In this document: positions 23,179 to 36,393 of the stretch, piece after piece | Layout of the letters: each line of letters starts with the position of its first letter | Position numbering within the stretch: the stretch's first letter is position 1 | DNA from: Eledone cirrhosa | Taxonomy: Eukaryota | DNA length: 64,000 nt | NCBI GenBank assembly: GCA_964016885.1 | Contig: OZ024740.1 | Location: 108,562,001-108,626,000, forward strand | Reading direction: 5' to 3' | Notes under the pieces: generated by a model | Seen by the model: only the letters and a program-made list of their open reading frames with translations | What the model was told of the DNA's origin: nothing | Database searches by the model: none | Translations under genes and position numbers: made by a program

Positions 23179-25545
23179 TGTGGGTATAGTGTGGTGTGCG
23201 GTGGCCGGAAGCTGGGGAGTGCTCGACCGGAAGAGTGCTTGACCGGAAGGGTGCTTGGCCGGAAGGGTGCTCGACCGGACGGGCCAGCAGGTCGGCCTCT
23301 CTCTAGTGGTGATCAGGAACGTGGTGGACGCGAATTTGGGCAGCTCCCGGTGTTAATGAGTTGGACCGTACGCACGTAGAAGAGGAGAAACCAGCCATGG
23401 GATTTAGCGGCGCCTATGAAAAGCGGTAAGTGAGGTAGCTTTTTCTAACCACAAGCTATTTCGGCACTGGAAACTGAGATCTGATTAAAAAAAAAAAAAA
23501 AAAAAAAAACTCTCTCGAAAACAAAGCTACTGGAAAAACAGAGAGGAGTCTGTTGTTTTTTTTTTTATTACGTACCGCAAGACAAATTAGGATGGCGATG
23601 AGACTACGAACGAGCGAAGCGATTAGGGCATTTACCGGTGAAGGCGATGTTGTCGCTTGGCTGCAAAAAGTCCGGCTGGTCGCAAGCTTACAGAAGATTG
23701 AAGATGTGGCTGGCCTCATGGCACTACACCTCGAGGGGGGCGCGTTGGTACTCTTCCTTGAAATGGATGAACACAGCCAAAGGGATGCGCAAAAGATCGA
23801 GAGGCGCATGATAGAAGCGTTCGCGGAGAGACCGTTAGCCGCTTTTGCTAAGCTGGCAAGAATTAGATGGAATGGTGAACGCGTTGACATTTTCGCAGCG
23901 GAAATACGGTGACTGGCCATGTTGGCTGGATATCAAGCGGAATTCGAACGCACGGTGCGGTTGGCGTTCATAAATGGATTTCCAGATGACATAGCGGTGA
24001 AACTACAGCAAGTCCCGGGTTACAAAGAAATGGTGATGCGTGCACTGGTGGAGCAAGCCCGCATCATAGCAGAAGATGCCAAGAAGAGTGTCGCGGCGAT
24101 GGCAACTACGCTGGGTGTCACGTTGGAGATAGGAGGTGTTGAGGTCGAGGATGCAGCCTGGCTTAGGAAGAAAGACGACTGCAACCACATCAATGTGGCC
24201 GAACTGGACGCGGTGTTGAGAGGGGTGAACCTCGCCCTGATGTGGGGACTGCGCACCATAGAGATACGCACCGACTCGGCTACTGTACTCGGATGGGTGA
24301 GATCAGTGCTCACCAGTGAGAAGAGAGTGCGAACGAGAGGGGCGGCTGAAATGCTGATAAAGCGCCGCATGGGAACTTTAGGAGAGCTGGCCACCGAGTT
24401 CGACCTGAGGCTGAGCGTAGTCTTCGTGCCCTCAGAGAAAAATAGGTGAAGAAAGCCTGGATGGAAGCGCCGGAGGAGGTAGAAGAGGAGATAGCTGCCG
24501 TGTGTCGGCTGACCGAGTCGAATCTGTAAGGGTTGCATGACATGCACCACATGGGAGTGGATAGGACTCTGTTCCTAGCCAGGAGAATCGACTCGGACGT
24601 TGACAGACACAGTGTTCAAAGGGTGGTTAGAGGCTGCTTCCGATGTCAGTCCATTGATCCCGCCCCGGGTGTGCACGAAACGGGAAGCCTCCCGGTGGAT
24701 CGCGACTGGAAGCGATTGGCGGTGGATGTAACGCACTACCGACAGGGAACGTACCTCTCGATGGTCGACTGTGGACCGGGACGGATGGCGATATGGAGGG
24801 AGATGAAGACTGGAACGGCCGAGGAAATCATGCGGACGTTGAGAGAGGTGTTCTTGGAGCGGGGCCCTGTGGACGAACTGCTGATGGACAACAGCGCAGC
24901 GTTCCGCTCGGAGGCGCTGAGGGAGATGCTCGATGGATGGAAGGTGGACCGTTTCTTCAGAGCAGCGTACAGGCCGAGCGGAAATGGAATCGTGGAGCGA
25001 CACCACCGGACGATCAAAGCAATGGCGGAGCGGAGCCACATCTCACCAATGGAGGCAGTGTTCTGGTACAACATATCCCCTCGGGTGGGGCAGGGTGAGG
25101 AATCGGTGCCACGTAGAGCAGTATTCAAATACGAGTGGCGGCACCCGTGCACGCCACCACAACGGCCAGTTTGGAGAGAAAATGCATTCGTGCAGGTGGG
25201 GTAAAAAGTCTGGGTTAAGCCCCCAGATGCACGTTGCACATCTCAATGGGGAAGGGGAACGGTGACGGCCGTAAATTCCCAGAACAATGTCTCCGGGGAC
25301 GGAGTACCGCGTCATGTCCTGGATATCCATAGAATCACCGTGTCAACGGACTCCGAGGAAGAGGAAACCCAAAGTGCCTCCCCAACACTGCGGAGATCGC
25401 AAAGAAGTCGCAAACCACCAACCTGGACAGCAGACTTTCATATGCAGAGGGACGAGGGGGAAATTGATCCTTGAGATCAGGGGGGCGCATGGGATTTAGC
25501 GGCGCCTATGAAAAGCGGTAAGTGAGATAGCTTTTTCTAACCACA
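23179..25545 (+). mobile_element. Internally deleted Gypsy-order LTR retrotransposon
   Basis: 5' LTR 23179-23453 (TGTGG...CCACA). 3' LTR remnant 25488-25545 follows PPT gagatcagggggg. 5-bp TSD GTAAC on both sides. Confidence 0.9.
23592..25474 (+). pseudogene. Gag-like N-terminus fused to RNase H and integrase; protease and RT absent; in-frame stops
   Basis: FTGEGDVVAWLQK (Gag-like); HINVAELDAV...TDSATV (RNase H); H..HH...C..C, AVDVTH, MDNSAAF and NGIVERHHRTIK (integrase); LRRSQRSRKPP tail. Confidence 0.85.
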
Positions 25546-28500
25546 GTAACGAAAAATGCTTTTTAACAAGATTGACCTAACACATAGCGTGTGGCCGGGG
25601 ATTGAAAAAAATTCGTTATAATAGTATTCGTTATAACAGAATTTTACCTGTCTCCCTTAGAAGACGGACAAAAAAAAAATGCCATTTGTACAGGGTGTAT
25701 GTGTGGTGGTTAATGGAAACGTTTCCTGTCTGTAACGGAACAGCCGTGTCTGTCTATATATATATGAATATATTTTATAATGTATGTGTTGTTTGTTTCT
25801 ACAGATTTGTTGTAACTGAACGTTATGAAAATATTCTTACAAGTTGTCTTCAATGTCTAGTTGAAGCAGCTATGTAAATGTTATTGTAATATTTGTATAA
25901 CTATACAAATGTGTTACAATACAGAATATTGTCCCCCAAAGGCACCTTATTTATATACAATAGGCCCGCGTCTTGCGCGGTCAACTCATGCCCCATCGGG
26001 TGTTATTCAGAAACCGCGTAAATTCAAGAACCTTGTATTGAAACGCCTGCATTCGTTGATTATTTGGAGGCGGGTAACGTCAAGAAAACCCAGAAAAATA
26101 ATAATAGAGGAAAGGATTTTCTTTCTCTTTTACATGAGATGATGCGATTTCGTACGGGACAGGATGACAACATTTTTCGACCGCGTGTGTTCAAAATCAC
26201 ACAATTTAAAACCGTGTAAGTGGTTTTCACGTCAAATTTTCGTGGGAAAATATATGACTTATACGCTATTATATATATGGTATTTATGTATCTGTACCAT
26301 ATATATCATATCCTACATAGTTCTCTGTTAAAATTACTTTTGATATTATTTTGCCTCTTATAATTCGTTGCAATACAACATAATTTAATAGTATGCAGGT
26401 TGACACAAAGAATTAGATTATTATCTAAATAATAATTTTTACTAATCCTAAATATGCAACAGCAAGCGTTTTAAGGTAATTTTTTTTCTTGCTTAAAATC
26501 GGGGTTAATCTTGCAGGTCCCATAAAGGGCTTCGTTTATTATGGGGCCCTTTTTAAAACAATGTTTTACAGCTGGATGCCTTTTTTAGTGCTAACCCTTT
26601 TTTAAAACTCTTTTCTTACGACATGCAGGGATACCGTGCACGTATTCTAAATCGGATACACGGTTTTAGTAAAGCTAAGTATCTACTTTATTATTTCAAA
26701 TTATAATGGGATAAGTTTTGTTTCCTACATTTAAGTATTGCTTTAGTGTTAAAGGAAACTATTTATTACGTTTTGTACTGTGTACTTGATAGATCTACCT
26801 CGTTGATTTGAAAGGGACTTGGTAGTTTATATGCTGCGTTCTCTCCATGACCAAGCCACATATTTCTAAATGATTCAACTCCATAAGTTTGTAGCTACTG
26901 GGACAGATGGTTGTGTTGTTAAGACGTTCAATTTGCATCCATGTGGTCTTCTGACTTATCCTATTGCATGGTGTCAGGTCATGGGCAAATATTTTCTATT
27001 AGCCCTGGGCTGATCAATAAGTTGGAAGGCGGAAACTAATATCTTGATCAAATATCTTTTACCATAGCGTCGGACTGACCCCAGCTTTGTGAATGAAGTT
27101 TGGTAGATGGTAACTGTGTGGAAGCCAGTCAAATGGACTATACTTTGTAATTCAAAGGTCCAGTCTTATCACATATGGTGCCACACTGCATTAAAGGTAC
27201 ATGTGTATGTTGAACAAGCAACTAGAATACTAATAATCGAGATCTATATATTTTTACATATACACACTACACACACACATATGATGCCAAATGTCTATTT
27301 TCAAGGAGTTGCTAATTATTACTTTTGAAGTCTTCTTTGAGCAGTCAGATGTCAGTTTATCTGGAAAGAAACAATGCAGTTATTAATAGGAAGAATTGAA
27401 ATTAATGCATGCAAGATTTCACAGCTTTAGCATCACTCCTTCATAGGCAGCCCATGCAATTTACAGCCCACCCTCATACATTGCACACAACACATATTCA
27501 TATATGCACACATATATTACACATATTTGTACTACACACACAATACTACATATATTCATATATACACACTTATATTAACTTATAGACTGCATATACACAC
27601 ATACATACACCCATAGACTGCCTGTAACTACAACTATAAAATCTAGGAAAGTACTGCAGTATCTTCTTTCCTGCAGTACAAGATTAAATATTTCACTAGT
27701 CTAGAGTGCACTCTTATCATAATCAGATAATTTATTTATGCCGTTTATTTATTAATTTTATCTGTTTTAGAATGTTGGGAAGAGAAATGGAATGAGATGG
27801 TTAGGTCATGTGCGGGGAAAGGATGAAAGGACTGAGTGAGAGCAATAGAGCCACTGATGAACGTTGAGAACAGAAATGGAATGAGATACTTGGGTCATTT
27901 GTTGAGAAAGTATGAAAGTGACTGGGTGAGAGAAATAGAGCCAGTTGTGAATATTCTGAACACAAATGGAATGAGATTGTTTGATCGTGTGTTGAGGAAG
28001 GCTAAAAGTGATCGGGCCAAGAAGGACATGGTTGAGTATGATGGAAGAGGACATGAAAACCAGGAGATTGGTGAAGGGGAATGCAGATGCTTGAGCAAAA
28101 TGGAACAGCTTGTCTTGCTCCCACCACAAGGCTAACCCTAGATTTATCAAGGAAAATGACCTTAAAACACTTGTGTGGTATTGTTATCTGGTTTAGAATA
28201 GGTACACCATAACCCTGCATGTTGTAAGAATGAACTAAAATGGTTGACACCAGGAAGGGCGTTTTGCTGTAAATCATTGCCATAAACAGGACCCCATGAT
28301 GAGTATGAAGCCCTCGTGGCTAACCCTTACTTTAGCTGAGAAGATGGCCTTAAAACACCTTCTCACGATTGTTATTTTATTTTAGTAAATTATTTTGTTA
28401 GCATTAAAAGACAAGATTAGCAGAACTGTAGACAGGTGGAATAATTTTGATTTCTTTTCTTTTATATGCAGTGTCTATAAGAGTTTCTTTCATAATAAAC

Positions 28501-28744
28501 AACACTAAATGTATAATACTTGAAGAGAGTTATCACTAGGTTTTAGTAGAAAAGAATTGCTCTCTCTTACTCTCCTTCTTCTCTCTATTCCCCCATTTCT
28601 TTCTACCCCCAACCCCTCACTCATTGTAGAATAAAGCTTATTATAATCTAATTCTTCTTAGTTCAGGTTTGGTTGTGTTTATTTCTGACTAAAGTGTCTG
28701 AAAGCCAAATTACGAGTGAGTGAAAAATGTCCAATAATAGAGCT

Positions 28745-29055
28745 AGGAACAGGTGTGGTTAAGTAGTTCGTTTTGCAATGTAATTTGTGGTTCAGTTTTA
28801 CTGTGCAGCATCTTGGACAAGTGTCTTCTATCCTAGATTCGGGTTGACCAATGCCTTGGGAGTGATATTTGGTAGACGGAAACTGTAGAAGCCTGTTGTA
28901 TATGTGTGTGTGTGTACATGTCTCCATGTTTGTGTATATATCCCGTAACTTAATGATTCGAAAAAAAAAGCGATATCGATAAAATAAGTACCTTTTAGTC
29001 AGTGCCCCAGCGTGGCTGCATTCTAATAACTGAAACCATTAAAAGAATAAAAGAG
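28745..29055 (+). mobile_element. tRNA-derived SINE family B (degenerate; also about 26905-27240, 31390-31680 and 50630-50940)
   Basis: gtgtggttaag head, cttggacaagtgtcttcta and ggtagacggaaactgtagaagcc core are shared among copies. Confidence 0.7.
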
Positions 29056-29816
29056 TATGGTTAAAAATTTAATGATGGAGTTAGTTTTTTTCCAGTCTTT
29101 TCTATTTAGCTGATTTGTTTTGCAGCCTAGCAAGTTTTGTAAGCAAGAAAAAGCGACATATTTTTGTTTTAGGTTTTGGATGATTGATATAACACTTTGT
29201 CTTCAAAAGAAAAAAAAATTAGAATGGAAGTAACATTTCTTGTTTGGTAGACAAAACAATATGGCTGGCTTCATATATTCTGAAGAAAAAAACAAAAATA
29301 ACAACTGATACATAAAGTAGATTGTTATCATAGTAATGAAGAAAGCTTGTTCAAGTCATAAATATATGCTGGTCTTCAGAGCCTTGCTCTCCTTTGTAAT
29401 ATTTTAATGAGTATCTTATCTTTTCCCCTTTAGATTACAAAAGTAACAACAGAAATGTGTGCATTTTCAAAATATTTTCAAAATGATTAGAAAAGTATAA
29501 GAATTGTCTTTTAAGGTTAATATGATCTAATGTAGCTATATGGTAAATCACAGATTGATAGTTAAACTATATAATCATACATTATGCTTGAATTGAGGCC
29601 CATGTATTGTATATTTTATGTCATTTATGAGTGTTTCATTTGGCTTCCATTGCTTAGTTTGCTCAGACCTGCCTATGGAGCTGCTTAGGTCTATGCTGGA
29701 CTGTCTTGATCTGTATCTAGATGCCCATGTCTGTTTTCACAATGATCTAGCCCACTACTAAAGATAGTCTAAACATTTTAATCTGTCTACTAGATAGTCT
29801 ACTAAAGATAGTTTAA

Positions 29817-30039
29817 CCCTTTCATGACCGCATTTCTAATGAAATACATTCTATTTTAATTAAGAAAGAATTTCAAGGGATTTACTAGAATTATTATTAC
29901 ATTACTAAGATAGTAACTTAATGTAAGTTCTTACATAAAATTATGTTGAAAGATTTTAATTTTAATTGGAATCCTTTAAGATGGGTGGTTTTATTTCATA
30001 GAACCAGAGCTGGTTTTGGCTGGGTTAGTAACTAAAGGA
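29817..30039. mobile_element. piggyBac-like MITE (many degenerate copies, e.g. near 44.3, 51.7, 55.5, 56.6 and 57.8 kb)
   Basis: TTAA-CCCTTT...AAAGGA-TTAA ends and a shared internal motif cttacataaaattatga/tgttgaa. Confidence 0.6.
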
Positions 30040-32166
30040 TTAAACATTTAAAATTTCTGCTAAATCATTACAGGATGTTAAGAGTTAATAAAAGTGAAAT
30101 GTTATTGGAAAGTAAGATAGCATTATGACAGTTCAACCAACATATATCTACAGGAGTGATTGCCAAAATAAGCATTTTTGTCCCCTTAGGAGCACTGAGA
30201 AACTCAAGAGGGGGGACAAGGAATTATCGAGAAGTCGGTAGCAGGCAAAGATTGGGGAGGGAGAAAATGGAGCAAAATATAGAAATTAGTAATTGCTTAT
30301 AAAAGTGTCACTTTTAGTTATTCAATAAATTTTATTAAAATATAAAGTTAAATGTATCCTTTTTTAAAATCTACTTTACAGTAAGGTTAATGGATGGATG
30401 AAATATATTTTTAAAAGGGGGATGGAGTAGTAAAAAATGTTTGGAAATTCTGAATTGTGGCAACAAACACATACTTGTATCGATATAGGTTCACACACAT
30501 ACACACATCTAATTTAAGCATTCAGATTTGATTAACTTTATAGATATAGATGCTATTAAATTTCATTAATTGCAGTTAATCTATTTCCTAATCCGAAGAT
30601 AGGTGTTGGCACCTTTTTTCCTAGCGTTAACGATGTCAAACAAGTCTTTAAAATTTATCATGTGTTCTAAAGGATGAAAATTACATTAGAGTACATGAAA
30701 TAACTGAAAACTGGTTCTTATGTTGTTTTTTTTTTTCTTTCTAAAATGTTCAAGTCAAAATTTGGGTTAGTCTTCAAGCATGAAGGTGCATGGCCTAGAG
30801 GTCTGGCTGTTGGGCTCATGATCATAAGGTTGTAGGTTCAAATCATAGGCAAGACACTCCATTTTATGTTGCTTTTCATGATAGGACTGGGCACCCTATC
30901 ATTAAAACACACAAGAAACCTAGGAGATGCAACCTTATATGAGGCCAGCTAAATCTGTGTAGGTGTGAACTGTAAATCACATTTCATTTTCACTTTCTAC
31001 GATGCCAGGAAGTATAGTGTTTTCAAAAGCAGCATTTAAACACCCAGAAATGTTTTAAAAAACAAGAACCATTTCAGTCTTTCCAGATGCAATTCTAGTC
31101 TACTAATGAAATGTCTATTTGACTTATGAAGATATAACATTACTTTGATTCAAAAATGTATTATTTTTTTCACTTTTAAACTAGCCATATCCGGCCAGAA
31201 TTCTCTCACCTTTCTCTTTTCAAACTGGCCGTAACTGGTCCCTCATACCGATACTAAGGTATTGTTCTCAAAATAAATATCAAAATCTCATAGATTCGAT
31301 ATTATGTGAGGTAAAGCCTTTACCGTGAAAATAGAATAGTAAATGTAGAGTAATGTAAATACTAAAGACTTAAAAAAAGTAAACAAGGGTTGACTGTATG
31401 GTTAAAGAGTTTGCATTGCAACCATGAGATTTGGGTTCAGTCCCACTGAATCGTCTACTGCAATCTTTGGGTTCACTAATAACTTGTCAGTGAAATTTGG
31501 TAGACAGCAACTAAGCAGAAGCTCTTTATGTGTGCGTTTGTGTGTGTGGGGGAGGGGGGTGTTGTCTGTATTTGTTATATCCTGTAACTTAGCAGTTCAA
31601 CAAAAAGGAGATCAATAAAATAAGTAATAGACTTGAATTTAAAAAAAATTACTAGGGTCGATATGATCAACTAATTCCTCATTGGAGCTTTAGATTAAAT
31701 GCTATGCCATATTTGTTCTGGCTATCTACACTTTAAATTCAAATCCCTTCAATATCCACTTTCCTTTTTATCTTTTGGGGCTTGATAAAGTCCCAGCCCA
31801 GGGCCAGTGGATTGGTCGAATTGTTAGAGTATTGAACGAGTTGCTTTGTGGTTTATTTGTGGCTCTTTTTGTTCAAATTCTGCACATTGTTCAATCCAAA
31901 CTTAGCGACAATGGACTAGTAGGCTTAAAAACGAGTAAAATCACCGAGGTTTCATCCTGTGGTAGATCGAAAAATGATTGGGTAGAAAATATATATCTTT
32001 GTATGTATTATATAGGTATGTTTGCAATAACAGGCCAACCTGTATCTTAGGTGGAGTAAGCCCCCAACTCTTTGTCTAGTTCCCAAAACCAGTTCAGTAT
32101 CAATGATCACAGTCCAACCCTTGCTAACAAGAAAAGCAGATGTTAAAACGACAATGATGATGATGA

Positions 32167-32248
32167 TCCTATATAGGGATCGTGTCCGATATTAAGCTGA
32201 TAAGAACAGATAAAACACTCTGATTTTAGCCAAATAGCTGAGAAGCAA
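32167..32248 (-). pseudogene. U2: U2 snRNA 5' fragment (3'-truncated pseudogene)
   Basis: Minus strand gcttctcagctatttggctaaaatcagagtgttttatctgttcttatcagcttaatatc matches the conserved U2 5' end. The branch-pairing GTAGTA is mutated and there is no Sm site. Confidence 0.88.
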
Positions 32249-33320
32249 GGAGTGTGGTTATATTATGTTTGAGTTGGATCTCAATAACGTTTGAATATAC
32301 TCTTCATAGGTGGAATGATAATGGTATTTTTCTTCTGATTGATCAACCACCCATGAAACGTGTCATGGCAGTCCCTTATGTTTTTCTAATTATGAAGAGA
32401 ATAATATATTTTTCATACTTGTTTAAATTTTCTCAAGGATGATTATTAATTGCAGTTATACCTATATTAAATTTATCTTAGATTTTTTAACATATGCTGT
32501 GTGTGTGTGCACACACACACACCATTTAACATTTGCTTTCCCTGCTAGCAATGGTAGGGTGGGTCTACATAGACCAAGTCAGTATTGATGAGAGGCTACC
32601 AGATGGGCTGAGGGGTCTGCATCCTACTTACATATTGTAACACCTTATATTGTGTGCAGAGGAGAAGTTGTGTCTTATGAGGGGTGGCTAAAAGGTAGGG
32701 GTGGCTAATTAGTGTATTAATAGTAAATGTTACTCATCATTATACATCAGTTTTCCTTCTAGCAAAGGATGGTTTGTCACAGTCCAAGTCAGTACTCAAG
32801 TAGAGCTATTGACCTCTCAGATGAGCTGGGAGCCTGCATCTCACTTATATATTTTCCCAGGGTTCTGAGTGCATTTTATTGTGGAAGGTAGTCACATCTT
32901 TCACACAGCTAAAGAGTCCTCCGAACCTTTTGTTTGGCAGGTCTTGATGCTTTTCCTCTTGACAACCACTTTACAGAGCTTAGTGGTTATTTTTTGTATA
33001 GATCACCATTTTGACTCTATAGACATTGAGTCCTTCATTTACTTCATGTTTGGTGTACATATAAACTTATAAAACAACATATACCATCATCATCATCATC
33101 ATTTTATGTTCATTATCCATGCTGGCATGTGTTGGATAAGGTGTCATAGTCTTAGACTAGATAAGTGAGAGAGCCACACTTTGCTCATATATTCCATATT
33201 TGGCATGGTTTCAACTTGTATGCTCTTCCTAATACCAAAAATTTACAGTGTGTACTGGGTGCATTTTATTGTGGCACCAAATGCATGCACACACATGTGT
33301 GCATGGAAGAAAGTGTCAGT

Positions 33321-33392
33321 CACCCCTTAGTATAGTGGTTAATGGCCATGCATGTCGTTTGAGAGATATGGGGTTTGATTCCTCATAGGTGC
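33321..33392 (+). pseudogene. tRNA-Asp-like degenerate sequence
   Basis: tagtatagtggtta D-arm, GTC at the anticodon position, ggtttgattcc T-arm and a downstream T-run. Stems are poor. Confidence 0.5.
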
Positions 33393-34554
33393 TTCTCTCC
33401 AATTTTTTTATCAGCTGTTATTACAGAAATTTTCTGAATTTGGGGCACTCACATTTTCAAATTTAAAATCACTCCAGCACTCTGTCAATCATAAGTTTAT
33501 ATAATCTCATCATCGTCTAATGTCCATTTACATGGGTTAGATGGGTTGTCACATTATGAGACAAGTCAGGTCATACAGATTTGTGTGTGGGTGTGTGTGT
33601 ATATATACATATACAAACACACACATGTGCACACACACACACACTGGGAAGAGAAAGAAAGGAGGCAACTGCTTGTAATCTATGATACAAGTCATTTTAG
33701 ATCTGCACGCCATCCTGTTCCACTCCAACCTAACCCAAGAACTTGTTGCACAATGCCACAGTTAAGAAACGGCCATTTCTCTGTAGTACTAGTACCTTTT
33801 ACCTCCTACCTGTTAGTGCTAAATATTATTCTATTTACGCACACACATACACTCTCATTTCACCTTGACTCTCTCTTTTCTCTCATTCTTCTAACAGCTG
33901 CATTCTAACCCAGATTCTTTGAAATACTTGCTTGTTTACAGCTTGCCGCCATCAACACCAACCATTTCTTTAAGCCAGCATCTGTTTTTATTTTGGATCA
34001 GTTCTCATGCCTCATTCCACCCCCTCTCTCTCTTGGTCTTTCTATTTATCTCTCCTCCTCTCTCTCCACTCTTCTACCTCATCCTTCTTGGTATGACATT
34101 TTCTCTCATCTCCCTATATCTTTAATCTTTTTCTGTTTTATCTCTCTCTGTATCTATGTATGTGTGTCTATATATGTATGTGTGTATGTGTGTCTATATA
34201 TGTACGTGTGTATGTGTGTCTATATATGTGTGTGTGTGTCAGTTACCTCTACTTATATATTTTGTTCTCCTCTGTTCATCTATAAATGTTTGTCAGTGTC
34301 TGTCTGCTCTGTCAGTATTATATACACTCATACCTGTATAGCAAGTGTTTACAGCGCAGCATGCATACACATCAAATATATCTGTTAATGGTATTATTGC
34401 CCTTTAGAGTGGAATGAACATCACAACACAACTCATTTTCCCATCACCCTGTCAAGTTAAGGCTTTGCATGTATGTAAGGTGTTATTTATATACTGACAT
34501 ATGACTGACAATACACAGATACCTGCATGTATATACACAGGCATACATATATTT

Positions 34555-34862
34555 CCCTTGTTGTCTTACAAGTAAATAGTCAGTTTGTCTTTTGCGTTCA
34601 CTTGATTGATATGAGATCAGGTGGCTGGCAGGTTTCCTGGAATTTGTGTTGCGAATGGTTAGTTCATTTGCATCACAGAATTCCAGGAGTCTCAATCCCA
34701 CCTCATTTCTTGAGCCCAAACCATAGCCACCGTGAACTCCACTGAATCCTTCCTGGTACTGCCCCACATGTCTGTTGAAGACTCCTGCCAGGATCATGAG
34801 GTCACCTGTATCAGTACCTGAAATCATCTGTAAAAGCTCTTCACAGAATCTGTCTTTTTGTT
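34555..34862 (-). mobile_element. RTE LINE apurinic-endonuclease fragment
   Basis: KDRFCEELLQ...MILAGVFNRHVG...VHGGYGLGSRNEVGLRLLEFC, homologous to 63271-64000. Confidence 0.85.
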
Positions 34863-34928
34863 TTAAAAATGTATATATATGAAAACATGTACTTAAATAT
34901 GATGATGATATATATAGATATGTGTGTG

Positions 34929-34990
<62 letters not shown>

Positions 34991-35981
34991 TATCCAGCCC
35001 ACACTGTAAAGTGGTTGTATAGGAGTCTCAACAAAAAGCACCCAGCAAACACTGTAAATGTGGTTGGTGTTAGTAAGGGCATCCATCTGTAGAAACCTAA
35101 CAGTTCTATATGAACAAGACACAGTCACCTGAGCCAACTTGCCTCTAATGGGACAACCCATCTAACCTATGCTAGCATGGAAAATGGACGTTAAATGATG
35201 ATGATAATACATATATATATATACATACATACACACACATATATATATATATCTATGTATATATATATTATATTATGGAATGCTGTTGGCTTTTCGCTAC
35301 AATGTTTTCTATACCTTTCATTTATATATATCTATGTATATATATGTATGCATGTATATGTATGCATGTATATGTATGCATGTATATGTATGCATGTATA
35401 TGTATGCATGTATATGTTTGCATGTATATATGTGTATGTCGGGTCACTCTTCAGCGTTACTGGTAACATGTAACCCAGTAGAACCTGTGCATGGTCGGGT
35501 CATCGGCGACTAAACCGGCGACCCCAGCAAGCTTGCTTGGTGAAGAGGGTGATTTTGAACATCCTGCGGGATGAAAAACAAAACCCGTCAATGGGTGAAT
35601 GAACTCAGGAGGGTCAACAGTCATCTAATAAAGTATTTTTTTTTATGGTCCAAGAGACTCCTTGTCTTCATTAAGACATCTCTCTAGGAGGTCACTCTGA
35701 TATAAAACCTGTGACTTCCTTTGCATCCAATGATGTAGACCAGTTCTTCTTTTTGGGTAAATTTGATGTTCAGAGTGTGGGATTGGCCCTGTGCAAAGCC
35801 TTTCCTCACTTAAAAAAGCTTCAAGTACATGCATCGCTTGATATGTGACATTTTTGTTGGCACTGCTGGCTATAGGCAAGTCCCTAGTAGGACTAAAAAG
35901 TCATGTCTGTGATGTTCATGCTTAAGTGTCAAGCGATGGCATTACTCAAAATCGAGTTGCAGCCATCATATATGTATGTAC

Positions 35982-36055
<74 letters not shown>

Positions 36056-36063
<8 letters not shown>

Positions 36064-36393
36064 AGATCAAAAGATGGTTAAAGGAGTTCAATATATTTTA
36101 TTATGCGCATTTCAAAAACAAACATCATCAAACAATAATATTTGTGTTTTCATCAGATAAAACAGGAGAACATGATATGAAGGCTAAAAAAACACTTGTT
36201 GATAGTGCAGTTTTAAATCAACATATATGGATTTAAAACTGCACTATCAACAAGTGTTTTTTTAGCCTTCATATCATGTTCTCCTGTTTTATCTGATGAA
36301 AACACAAATATTATTGTTTGATGATGTTTGTTTTTGAAATGCGCATAATAAAATATATTGAACTCCTTTAACCATCTTTTGATCTTATATTAT
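36056..36393. repeat. Fold-back palindrome, 164-bp arms, 10-bp spacer, hammerhead on each arm
   Basis: 36056-36219 is the reverse complement of 36230-36393. Adjacent to (TA)n. The plus copy continues to about 36480. Confidence 0.93.
36287..36353 (+). ncRNA. Type I hammerhead ribozyme motif (mirror copy 36096-36162 on minus)
   Basis: TTTTAT-CTGATGA-aaacacaaatattatt gttt gatgatgtttgttttt-GAAA-TGCGCA-TA-ATAAAA. Stem II contains several G-U pairs and stem III is palindromic. Confidence 0.85.

Larger units (their letters stand above)
23126..25650. mobile_element. pogo/Tigger-like MITE split by the LTR element
   Basis: TIR cagtgaaattccgttataacgaa / ttcgttataacagaattttacctg, with TA at the left end. 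Confidence 0.7.

Noticed and set aside
32167-32248. Functional U2 gene or a U2-targeting (Keno/Utopia) insertion
   Set aside because: Truncated before the Sm site with a mutated branch-pairing motif, and the fragment is not interrupted by an element.
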